From: a virus | Direction: 5' to 3' (one strand) | UHGV virus genome: UHGV-0378502 | DNA length: 22,376 bases | Shown here: in pieces, positions 6,432 to 13,593 of the stretch | Layout of the letters: every line of letters begins with the position of its first letter | How positions within the stretch are numbered: the stretch's first letter is position 1 | Notes under the pieces: model-generated | Told to the model about the DNA's origin: nothing | Database searches by the model: none | The model's input: the letters and a program-made list of their open reading frames with translations, nothing else | Program-made: the position numbers and the translations under genes

Positions 6432-6503
6432 CCTGGCATTCTGGTTTACAATTCGCACGTCAGCCTGAACACCTGACACCTGCTGCGCCAGCAGAGAAAA
6501 CAG

Positions 6504-6776
6504 ATGGCGCACAAAACCAAATTTCACAATTCTGATACCGACCTTGCCATCCGGCATGAGCGGCGTTCACACGCATTTAAAACCGACTGGTACCAACACC
6601 CACCATGTACTGAAGAACAGGCCGAATGGCTGATTCATTCTTACCGCAGGCGCGGGTTCGAGGTTAAGAAAGCTCTCAGTCTCGACTATCGGCACTGGAT
6701 AATCTCTGTCAGGCTGCCTTATTCCGAACGCCCACCACGTCCGTCCCGCACTTTCCAGCAACGGATCTGGAGGTAA
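6504..6776 (+). CDS. Hypothetical protein (90 aa)
   Basis: ATG 6504; stop immediately followed by a GGAGG RBS and the start of the next gene; no recognisable family. Confidence 0.5.
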   Translation: MAHKTKFHNSDTDLAIRHERRSHAFKTDWYQHPPCTEEQAEWLIHSYRRRGFEVKKALSLDYRHWIISVRLPYSERPPRPSRTFQQRIWR

Positions 6777-6777
6777 C

Positions 6778-7836
6778 GTGCGGGTATTACTTAGACCTGT
6801 TCTGGTGCCTGAGCTTGGGCTGGTGGTCCTTAAGCCGGGCCGTGAATCCATACAGATATTTCATAATCCTCGAGTGCTGGTGGAGCCGGAACCGAAAAGC
6901 ATGTGCGGCCTGCCATCCGGAGTCGTCCCTGCCGTTCGCCAGCCGCTGGCGGAGGATAAATCATTACTGCCATTTTTCAGCAATGAGCGTGTGATTCGTG
7001 CTGCTGGCGGCGCTGGTGCACTGTCTGACTGGCTGTTGCGCCATATTAAATCCTGCCAGTGGCCACACGGTGATTATCACCACAGTGAAACCGTCATTCA
7101 CCGTTATGGTACCGGCGCAATGGTGTTGTGCTGGCACTGCGACAACCAGTTGTGTGACCAGACCTCAGAATCACTTGAGCAACTTGCTCACCAAAACTTG
7201 TCAGCATGGATGATTGACGTCATCCGTCACGCAATCAGCGGTACGCAGGAGAGGGAGTTATCGCTGGCCGAATTATCCTGGTGGGCGGTCTGCAATCAGG
7301 TGGCTGATGCGCTTCCGGAGTCTGTATTGTGTCGTTCACTGGGATTACCGGTGGAAAAAATCCGCTCCGTATACCGTGAGAGTGACATCGTACCGGGAGA
7401 ACAGACTGCCACCAGCATACTGAAGCAGCGCACAAAAAATATTGCGCTGCCACTTCACGTCCACCAGCAACAGCCCCCACTCCAGGAAAAGACGTTAGTA
7501 AGCATCGCCGTTGATCCGGAGTCTCCGGCTCAGTATCTCCAGCGCCAGAAACCACGACGGGAAGAGATGCCTGTATACACGCGCTGGGTAAAAACGCAGA
7601 AATGCATGACGTGTGGTAATCAGGCAGATGATCCGCATCACATCATTGGTCATGGACTGGGAGGGATGGGAACAAAGGCTGATGATTTGTTTGTTATTCC
7701 GCTGTGCCGTAAATGCCATAGCGAACTACACGCCGGGGTAAAAGATTTTGAAGAAAAACACGGCAGCCAGCTGTTGTTGCTGATTCGTTTTTTAATGCAC
7801 GCGAGAAATTCGGGTGTCCTGAAGTGGAAAGCATGA
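6778..7836 (+). CDS. DUF968-like prophage protein with C-terminal HNH-like zinc-finger motif (YdfU-like)
   Basis: GTG 6778 with GGAGG 5 nt upstream; C-terminal CMTCGN ... DPHHIIGHGLGG ... CRKCHSELH (CxxC ... HH ... CxxCH); stop abuts the rusA start. Family assignment from memory of Qin-prophage YdfU. Confidence 0.65.
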   Translation: MRVLLRPVLVPELGLVVLKPGRESIQIFHNPRVLVEPEPKSMCGLPSGVVPAVRQPLAEDKSLLPFFSNERVIRAAGGAGALSDWLLRHIKSCQWPHGDYHHSETVIHRYGTGAMVLCWHCDNQLCDQTSESLEQLAHQNLSAWMIDVIRHAISGTQERELSLAELSWWAVCNQVADALPESVLCRSLGLPVEKIRSVYRESDIVPGEQTATSILKQRTKNIALPLHVHQQQPPLQEKTLVSIAVDPESPAQYLQRQKPRREEMPVYTRWVKTQKCMTCGNQADDPHHIIGHGLGGMGTKADDLFVIPLCRKCHSELHAGVKDFEEKHGSQLLLLIRFLMHARNSGVLKWKA

Positions 7837-8202
7837 ATGACTGAACGCATAGAATTTGTTTTGCCTTACCCGCCAACGGTGAACACTTACTGGCGACGTC
7901 GTGGCAGCACATATTTTGTATCAAAAGCCGGTGAGCGTTATCGCCGTGATGTGGCGCTTATTGTTCGCCAGCAGCGGCTGAAATTAAACCTGTCCGGAAG
8001 GCTGGCGATAAAGATTATTGCAGAGCCACCGGATAAACGTCGTCGTGACCTGGACAATATCCTGAAAGCACCACTGGATGCGCTGACGCATGCCGGACTT
8101 CTCATAGACGACGAGCAGTTTGATGAAATCAATATTGTGCGCGGTCAGCGCGTTCCTGGGGGGCGGCTGGGCGTGAAGATTTACAAAATTGAGAGTGAGT
8201 GA
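7837..8202 (+). CDS. rusA: Holliday-junction resolvase RusA
   Basis: 121-aa product with RusA hallmarks (PPTVNTYW near the N-terminus, RRDLDN acidic catalytic region); typical nin-region position just upstream of the Q-like gene. Confidence 0.9.
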   Translation: MTERIEFVLPYPPTVNTYWRRRGSTYFVSKAGERYRRDVALIVRQQRLKLNLSGRLAIKIIAEPPDKRRRDLDNILKAPLDALTHAGLLIDDEQFDEINIVRGQRVPGGRLGVKIYKIESE

Positions 8203-8210
8203 TCGTAAAT

Positions 8211-8753
8211 ATGATATACCCGGAAATTACAGGCAAAAGCGGCGAGCATTTACGTCTAAAAACGCTGGAAGCCGTCTGGATCCAGGGGAAATTACGGATG
8301 TGGGGGCGTTGGTCGTATATAGGTGGTGGCAAACCAGGAAATATGTTCAATCAGTTGCTGGCATCCAAAAAACTGACAAAAACCGCAATCAATGAAGCCC
8401 TGCGTAGAATCAGGGAGTCAGGGATTGATAAACCAGAGCTGGAAGCATTCTTGCGAGAGATGATCGCTGGCAGACAGAAGAGCTGGTTGTCTCACTGTAC
8501 TGATGCAGAGGCGTTACGCATTGATGGGGTGATAAGTAAAGCGCTTGCACGTTATCCTGGATTGATTGATATCCTGCGGCAAAGGTACGAAGGGCGGGGG
8601 ATGAGTAAACGCAAAATGGCTGAATTGTTGAATGAGGTGCACCCGGAATGGTGTTTTAGTACATGCGAAAAGCGAATTGCTAATTGGTTGGCTGTTGCTG
8701 AATATGCGCTATACATCCCTATGCGAGAATCGTTTGCTCAAAAAATGTCTTGA
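8211..8753 (+). CDS. Putative late-gene antiterminator (Q-like)
   Basis: Positional: follows rusA and precedes a promoter-like element plus a strong intrinsic terminator and the late genes. Contains an LRMWGRWSY segment reminiscent of the WG-W motif I recall in 21-type Q proteins. Start could be GTG 8199 (overlapping the rusA stop) or ATG 8211. Confidence 0.5.
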   Translation: MIYPEITGKSGEHLRLKTLEAVWIQGKLRMWGRWSYIGGGKPGNMFNQLLASKKLTKTAINEALRRIRESGIDKPELEAFLREMIAGRQKSWLSHCTDAEALRIDGVISKALARYPGLIDILRQRYEGRGMSKRKMAELLNEVHPEWCFSTCEKRIANWLAVAEYALYIPMRESFAQKMS

Positions 8754-8778
8754 TTTTTTACGCATAAACTGTTTCAAT
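8750..8778 (+). promoter_or_regulatory. Candidate late promoter (PR'-like)
   Basis: TTGATT (8750-8755), 17-nt spacer, TTCAAT (8773-8778), located between the Q-like stop and the terminator at 8838-8861. Pattern-based prediction. Confidence 0.3.
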
Positions 8779-8837
8779 CCAGCTACGCTTCGCAAAGCTA
8801 TACCGCGAGGCGAATAGCAGACATGGACACCTGAAAG

Positions 8838-8861
8838 AACCCGCTTTATGCGGGTTTTTTT
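8838..8861 (+). terminator. Intrinsic terminator (tR'-like) downstream of the Q-like gene
   Basis: 7-bp stem AACCCGC / GCGGGTT with a 5-nt loop, followed by a T-run (8855-8861). Confidence 0.7.
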
Positions 8862-8984
8862 GTGCCCGAAAAGCGGTACAGGACGTTAAATGCGCTGGTG
8901 GTTGCGAATGCCGGTCTTTCAGCTTGCTGGCTTTTTCGACAAGAGGTATTGGTATGTCACGTTAACCGGAAAAGGGAAAAAGGC

Positions 8985-9182
8985 ATGCTAAAACAGCAGG
9001 ATATGACCGAAACCGCCAGAGTGGTGTTTAATGAATTAAGCGTCACCGAACCGGCGACCGTCGGGGAAATTGCGCAGAATACTTACCTTTCACGCGAACG
9101 CTGCCAGTTAATACTGACTCAGCTTGTTATGGCGGGTCTGGCAGATTATCAGTTCGGTTGTTACAGACGCCTTCCTCAGTGA
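8985..9182 (+). CDS. Small hypothetical protein (65 aa), possible winged-helix DNA-binding protein
   Basis: ATG 8985 (MLKQQDMTETARVVFNELSVTEPATVGEIAQNTYLSRERCQLILTQLVMAGLADYQFGCYRRLPQ); the track ORF starts further upstream at 8862 without an obvious RBS. Confidence 0.4.
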   Translation: MLKQQDMTETARVVFNELSVTEPATVGEIAQNTYLSRERCQLILTQLVMAGLADYQFGCYRRLPQ

Positions 9183-9332
9183 AGGTTTTTTAATTTGTGG
9201 TAATGGGCGGCTGGTGGGTGTTAGCGGCACCTGCCAGCCATCTGCTCATGCGTTGGGGTCACAAGCAAACCTCAGGCCCATCTGCTTTGCGCAAAAGCGG
9301 TATGAGCCTATCAGAGAAGTGCTTATTGATCT

Positions 9333-10382
9333 ATGATTAATACTGTAAAAATATCCAGTTGTGAGTTAATCAACGCTGATTGCCTGGAATTTATCCAGAC
9401 CTTACCGGAAAACTCTGTCGATCTGATAGTCACAGACCCGCCATACTTTAAAGTGAAGCCCGAGGGCTGGGATAACCAGTGGGAGGGCGACGATGATTAC
9501 CTGAAATGGCTGGACCAGTGTCTGGCGCAGTTCTGGCGGGTACTGAAGCCTGCCGGAAGTCTTTACCTGTTCTGTGGTCATCGCCTGGCATCTGACACCG
9601 AAATCATGATGCGTGAGCGCTTTAATGTGCTGAACCACATTATCTGGGCGAAGCCGTCCGGACGCTGGAACGGGTGCAATAAGGAAAGTCTGCGGGCGTA
9701 TTTTCCGGCAACAGAGCGCATTCTGTTTGCAGAACATTATCAGGGACCGTATCGCCCGAAAGATGATGGCTATGTGGCACAGGGGCGCGAGCTAAAACAG
9801 CACGTCATGGCCCCGCTGATTTCTTACTTTCGTGATGCGCGTAAATCACTGGGAATAACGTCAAAACAGATAGCGGAAGCCACCGGAAAGAAAAACATGG
9901 CTTCGCACTGGTTTGGTACCAGTCAGTGGCAGTTACCGAACGAGGGTGATTACAACAAATTGCAGGCGTTGTTTGCGCGTGTTGCGGCAGAAAAACATCA
10001 GCGCGGGGAACTGGAAAAGCCACACCACCAGCTGGTCAGCACATACAGTGAGCTGAACCGGCAGTATACGGAACTGCTGAGTGAATATAAAAATTTGCGG
10101 CGGTATTTCGGTGTGACGGCGCAGGTTCCGTACACCGATGTCTGGACGCATAAACCGGTGCAGTACTATCCAGGGAAACATCCGTGCGAAAAACCGGCAG
10201 AAATGCTGCAGCAGATAATCAACGCGAGCAGTCGTCCGGGAGACCTGGTTGCAGATTTTTTTATGGGTTCAGGTTCAACGGTAAAAGCGGCGATGGCACT
10301 GGGGCGTTGTGCGATTGGTGTTGAGCTGGAGACAGGACGTTTTGAACAGACAGTCAGGGAAGTTCAGGATTTAATCGTTTGA
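9333..10382 (+). CDS. Orphan DNA methyltransferase, beta-class amino-methyltransferase (N6-adenine or N4-cytosine)
   Basis: Motif IV DPPY (VTDPPYF) near the N-terminus and motif I FxGxG (DFFMGSGST) near the C-terminus, the circularly permuted order typical of beta-class MTases (PF01555-like). No adjacent restriction endonuclease gene. Confidence 0.85.
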   Translation: MINTVKISSCELINADCLEFIQTLPENSVDLIVTDPPYFKVKPEGWDNQWEGDDDYLKWLDQCLAQFWRVLKPAGSLYLFCGHRLASDTEIMMRERFNVLNHIIWAKPSGRWNGCNKESLRAYFPATERILFAEHYQGPYRPKDDGYVAQGRELKQHVMAPLISYFRDARKSLGITSKQIAEATGKKNMASHWFGTSQWQLPNEGDYNKLQALFARVAAEKHQRGELEKPHHQLVSTYSELNRQYTELLSEYKNLRRYFGVTAQVPYTDVWTHKPVQYYPGKHPCEKPAEMLQQIINASSRPGDLVADFFMGSGSTVKAAMALGRCAIGVELETGRFEQTVREVQDLIV

Positions 10383-10431
10383 AACGGATGAGATTGCAGA
10401 ATTAATTACGCACCATTATTATTCTGCTCCC

Positions 10432-10507
10432 GGCCCTTTAGCTCAGTGGTGAGAGCGAGCGACTCATAATCGCCAGGTCGCTGGTTCAAATCCAGCAAGG
10501 GCCACCA
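10432..10507 (+). tRNA. tRNA with CAT anticodon (Ile2/lysidine-type or Met)
   Basis: Manual cloverleaf: acceptor GGCCCTT/AAGGGCC, D-arm GCTC-AGTGGTGA-GAGC, anticodon stem AGCGA/TCGCC with loop CTCATAA, T-arm GCTGG-TTCAAAT-CCAGC, discriminator A, encoded CCA. Resembles the ileZ-type tRNA I recall from Stx-converting phages. Confidence 0.8.
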
Positions 10508-10514
10508 TCACATA

Positions 10515-10591
10515 CCGCCATTAGCTCATCGGCAGAGAGCGTCAGCTTTCGAAACTGGCTGTGTGGGGCTCGGGTCCCCGATGGCAATCCA
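10515..10591 (+). tRNA. tRNA-Arg(TCG)-like gene, possibly degenerate
   Basis: D-arm TAGCTCA ... GAGC and an anticodon loop TTTCGAA (anticodon TCG) are recognisable and a CCA is present at 10589-10591, but in my manual fold the first two acceptor pairs and one anticodon-stem pair are mismatched and the T-loop is atypical. Boundaries are approximate. Confidence 0.45.
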
Positions 10592-10604
10592 TTATCTGCA
10601 TTAT

Positions 10605-10681
10605 GCGTTGTTAGCTCAGCCGGACAGAGCAATTGCCTTCTAAGCAATCGGTCACTGGTTCGAATCCAGTACAACGCGCCA
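10605..10681 (+). tRNA. tRNA-Arg (anticodon TCT, reads AGA/AGG)
   Basis: Manual cloverleaf with perfect acceptor stem GCGTTGT/ACAACGC, D-arm GCTC ... GAGC, anticodon stem ATTGC/GCAAT with loop CTTCTAA, T-arm ACTGG-TTCGAAT-CCAGT, discriminator G, encoded CCA. Confidence 0.85.
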
Positions 10682-10695
10682 CGCTTATTTTTCCA

Positions 10696-10720
10696 GGCTC
10701 GCTTTGGCGGGCCTTTTTCA
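10696..10720 (+). terminator. Intrinsic terminator after the tRNA cluster
   Basis: GGCTCGC tttg GCGGGCC hairpin followed by TTTTT. Confidence 0.5.
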
Positions 10721-10928
10721 TATCCGCGCCCGTTATGAAGCGCCACCGCGTTCTGCTAATGCTGAAGCCCTTCGTCAGCTGACTGATGTTGCAGATACTG
10801 ATGATACTGTGAATGTGCTGTGTCTGTGTCTGGATATCGCTGACCAGGACGGTATCGGTCAGGAAGAAGAAGCGCAACTGAAGAAAATTGCGCAGGCGCT
10901 GCAGTTGCCACTGGAGCAGTACCTGTGA
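10704..10928 (+). pseudogene. Start-less 3' remnant of a TerB-like domain gene
   Basis: The frame has no ATG; the track start is a TTG inside the terminator hairpin. The C-terminal half (LDIADQDGIGQEEEAQLKKIAQALQL) fits the ADG ... E ... L pattern I associate with TerB-like domains. Confidence 0.35.
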
Positions 10929-11077
10929 AAAGTGCGCGCCTTGTGCTGGCTGTCATCCTGTTGTTTCTGGTAGTGATGGTGGATTTCACCGGACGACTGA
11001 TGTCAGTGCTGGCAGATGGTGTGCTGGTGGCGATGGCGCTGATCGTGCTCCGGCCTTTACTGCGTAAATCTGAATAA
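10925..11077 (+). CDS. Small membrane peptide (50 aa from GTG; 33 aa from first ATG)
   Basis: GTG 10925 overlaps the stop of the preceding remnant; hydrophobic product MKSARLVLAVILLFLVVMVDFTGRLMSVLADGVLVAMALIVLRPLLRKSE. May itself be a remnant. Confidence 0.35.
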   Translation: MKSARLVLAVILLFLVVMVDFTGRLMSVLADGVLVAMALIVLRPLLRKSE

Positions 11078-11165
11078 CATCACACAAAAGGCATCTGCGG
11101 GTGCCTTTGACGGGGTGTTTTTTTACGGGTCGCTGGTGGCCCTTTTTTTATTTTCAGGAGGAAGT

Positions 11166-11558
11166 ATGTCTGAACCCTTATCCGGTTCCGGCACGGCTGC
11201 GGCGCTGGGTGGCGCGACGGTATTCGGGCTGTTTACCGGGATGGATTTCGGGATTGTGTTTGGCGCGTTCGCCGGGGCGTTATTTGTGGCAACGATGCCG
11301 CAGTCACTTTCAGTCTGGCGCGTGGTGGCGCATTTTCTGGTGTCGTTTATTGTCGGCGTGCTGGGAGCGCGTGTGCTGTCAGCCTGGATTGCATCAAAAA
11401 CAGGGTATGACGGTACATCAGCAGATGCGCTTTGCGCGGTGCTGGTCTCGGTGGTGTCGGTGAAGATTCTCTCGTTCATCCACCAGCAGGATATTGCATC
11501 GCTGGTGTCCGGTGTGTTCTCCCGCCTGCGGGGTGGAGGAGGCGGCAATGTTAAGTAA
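11166..11558 (+). CDS. Putative holin (130 aa, multiple TM segments, charged C-terminus)
   Basis: ATG 11166 with AGGAGGAAG RBS; three to four predicted TM helices and a Gly-rich basic C-terminus; first gene of a lysis cassette followed by an endolysin. Not lambda S-like. Confidence 0.6.
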   Translation: MSEPLSGSGTAAALGGATVFGLFTGMDFGIVFGAFAGALFVATMPQSLSVWRVVAHFLVSFIVGVLGARVLSAWIASKTGYDGTSADALCAVLVSVVSVKILSFIHQQDIASLVSGVFSRLRGGGGGNVK

Positions 11559-11823
11559 CCTTCCCGGATTGCTGAATGTGGCGTTATGCACGGTTATCGT
11601 GCTGACGCTCTTTTTTTATCGTCGCCGTGATTCCAGACATAAACCGCTGGTGTCATGGCTGGCCTGGCTGCTGATGCTGCTGTATGCCTTTGCGCCTCTC
11701 AGCTATCTGTGTGGTCGCCCGTTAGCAACGGGCTGGCTGGAAGTGTTTTTTAACCTGCTGTTCTGCGTGCTGGTGATACGCGCACGCGGGAACGTCACAA
11801 AAATCTTTCCATTGTTGAGGTGA
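11548..11823 (+). CDS. Second lysis-cassette membrane protein (91 aa; holin/antiholin candidate)
   Basis: ATG 11548 with GGAGGAGG RBS, overlapping the end of the holin gene; three hydrophobic segments; lies directly upstream of the endolysin. Confidence 0.5.
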   Translation: MLSNLPGLLNVALCTVIVLTLFFYRRRDSRHKPLVSWLAWLLMLLYAFAPLSYLCGRPLATGWLEVFFNLLFCVLVIRARGNVTKIFPLLR

Positions 11824-11825
11824 AT

Positions 11826-12203
11826 ATGCCGGGTAAATTCAGATTCAGCCGTCGCAGTGAAAAAAATCTGGAGGGTGTCAAACCACAGCTGGTTGCTGTA
11901 GTTCGCCGTGCGCTGGAGCTGACGGAGGTTGATTTCGGTATTACGGAAGGCCTGCGCAGTAAGTATCGCCAGAAACAGCTGGTTGCGGAAGGGAAAAGCC
12001 AGACCATGAACAGCCGCCACCTGACCGGTGATGCGGTGGATGTTGTGGCCTACATCGGCAGCCAGGTGTCATGGGAGTGGCCTCTGTACGAGAAAATCGC
12101 ACAGGCATTTAAGCAGGCTGCCGCAGAGCTGGGGATCGCTATCGAATGGGGCGGGGACTGGAAAACGCTGAAAGACGGACCTCACTTTCAGCTGAAGCGA
12201 TAA
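11826..12203 (+). CDS. Endolysin, peptidase M15 family (zinc L-alanyl-D-glutamate / D-Ala-D-Ala-type endopeptidase)
   Basis: Conserved zinc-ligand motifs SRHLTGDAVD (H-x6-D) and GGDWKTLKDGPHFQL (C-terminal His); 125 aa; follows the holin genes; intrinsic terminator downstream. Confidence 0.85.
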   Translation: MPGKFRFSRRSEKNLEGVKPQLVAVVRRALELTEVDFGITEGLRSKYRQKQLVAEGKSQTMNSRHLTGDAVDVVAYIGSQVSWEWPLYEKIAQAFKQAAAELGIAIEWGGDWKTLKDGPHFQLKR

Positions 12204-12210
12204 GTAAAAC

Positions 12211-12250
12211 AAAACCCCGGCTGGGGGAACAGTCCGGGGTTTTTAGTTTT
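12211..12250 (+). terminator. Intrinsic terminator after the endolysin gene
   Basis: CCCCGG ... CCGGGG stem (12215-12239) followed by TTTTTAGTTTT. Confidence 0.6.
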
Positions 12251-12335
12251 CACGTCAAAGGGGAAATTGTGATTAGTGAGTACGGAGAAAATCCTCGTGG
12301 GAAAGTATAAAAGATTCTTTTTGAGGTTGTCCATT

Positions 12336-12449
12336 ATGAAAGGTATTGAAATGGAAACTCCCGCGAGCCTTGATTTGACAAGGGCTGCGGCCTTTGCAAT
12401 TCGCCTTGTGGCGGTCGCTGTTCTGATTTGGGCTGTGCGTTGGTGGTGA
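12336..12449 (+). CDS. Tiny C-terminally anchored membrane peptide (37 aa)
   Basis: ATG 12336 with GAGG upstream; product MKGIEMETPASLDLTRAAAFAIRLVAVAVLIWAVRWW; stop separated by 1 nt from the next ATG. Below the track cut-off; found by reading the sequence. Confidence 0.35.
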   Translation: MKGIEMETPASLDLTRAAAFAIRLVAVAVLIWAVRWW

Positions 12450-12450
12450 T

Positions 12451-12633
12451 ATGGCGCGAAAACACTGGACACACAGAATGCCGCGAACGGCGGTGAAACG
12501 GGCACTGGTAGCGATACTGGTGCCTTTTTTATTGGTGGGGTGCGTCAGCCTGGATAAGGCGCGCCAGCTTTTCGATACCGCGTCTCAGGTCTGTGAAATT
12601 GTCGACGGTGTTCGGCAGTGTCTGCAGAACTGA
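12451..12633 (+). CDS. Mini-lipoprotein (lipobox LLVGC; mature part about 30 aa with three Cys)
   Basis: Signal peptide with basic n-region, hydrophobic core and lipobox L-V-G-C (MPRTAVKRALVAILVPFLLVGC if started at the internal ATG 12478); mature peptide CVSLDKARQLFDTASQVCEIVDGVRQCLQN. Confidence 0.5.
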   Translation: MARKHWTHRMPRTAVKRALVAILVPFLLVGCVSLDKARQLFDTASQVCEIVDGVRQCLQN

Positions 12634-12804
12634 TCGCCTGTAAGAGCAGAATATTTTGCTGAAAAATGAAGGATTCGCCAGCGTCCGGTAAGCATGAAAT
12701 TCTGTGTTTGTGGCTACTCAATAAAATAAATTCTTTCTGTCGCCGCGAATACTCAAATGTTGATCAGTGCCCGGTGCGGCGACGGGCTTCGATATCAGGA
12801 GACG

Positions 12805-13200
12805 ATGATGGAAAAAACAGAAAACAAACCGATTGTAATTGGTGCTGATGCTGCTCCGTTTAAGTTTGAGTTGTCTCAACTGGTGGAGATGCGTATCAGT
12901 GATGAATGGGGTGAGGTTAAAGCCCGCGCGCAGTATGCGGATGGCGAAAACCAGTACTTGATCCACTACAAAGCAGCTGATGGTCGCGCCACGACGGAGT
13001 GGTTTGGTGAGTCAATGCTGGAAGCAACAGAAGATGATCGTCATCCGGGTTGTCCGGTATTTGCCGGTATGAAATTACCGGAAGGTGCAGTTGAACTGCA
13101 GCCGGGTGAGGTGTTCGTAATGACAGACATCATTGATGGTAAACCGCAGTATTCGCGTATTGAAATGAATAGTAAGAGTGCTCGCCTGATTCGTGAGTAA
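12805..13200 (+). CDS. Hypothetical protein (about 131 aa) immediately upstream of cos
   Basis: ATGATG at 12805/12808 with AGGAGA upstream; protein-like soluble product; no recognisable family. The track ORF begins earlier at 12757. Confidence 0.55.
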   Translation: MMEKTENKPIVIGADAAPFKFELSQLVEMRISDEWGEVKARAQYADGENQYLIHYKAADGRATTEWFGESMLEATEDDRHPGCPVFAGMKLPEGAVELQPGEVFVMTDIIDGKPQYSRIEMNSKSARLIRE

Positions 13201-13593
13201 CAGGCATTACAGCAGCCCTTCACTCTAAGGGGTTGCTGTAATGTGAGAAATAAAAAACCGGTCACAGGGAGCAGCTACACAGAAGCGGCCGGCGAAGACC
13301 GCCAATACCACCCATGCATTGATGCAACATACTAATGACAATAGCCGCTATTGATGTAAATGCAATGTTATGCATCGACGAAAATAAAAAACCGGCAGGG
13401 GAAATCCATTGAAGATTTGCCGGTGGCAAAAGAGGGCCATGTTTTTAACCTTAGTCGCAGAGTTACGGAGTGCAACTACGAATGCTGCCGGTATATGGCT
13501 GAATGGCGTTTCAATGATGTACGTCATCTTATCTGTAAATGTTAATGACAAACGCTCTCATTTGTGCGGGTCCTTCCGGTGGGGTGGCCTGCC

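Noticed and set aside
10704-10928. 74-aa ORF called as an intact protein-coding gene
   Set aside because: The frame contains no ATG and the only upstream start is a TTG buried in the tRNA terminator hairpin, so it was annotated as a probable gene remnant rather than an intact CDS.
10682-11165. Shiga-toxin genes (stxA/stxB) expected downstream of the tRNA cluster
   Set aside because: No ORF of suitable size or with signal-peptide A/B-subunit features exists between the tRNAs and the holin gene; the slot holds only a TerB-like remnant and a small membrane peptide.
13348-13551. Small overlapping ORFs on both strands in the region upstream of cos
   Set aside because: They overlap each other in a region expected to hold cosQ and packaging signals, lack convincing RBSs, and have non-protein-like compositions; probably non-coding.
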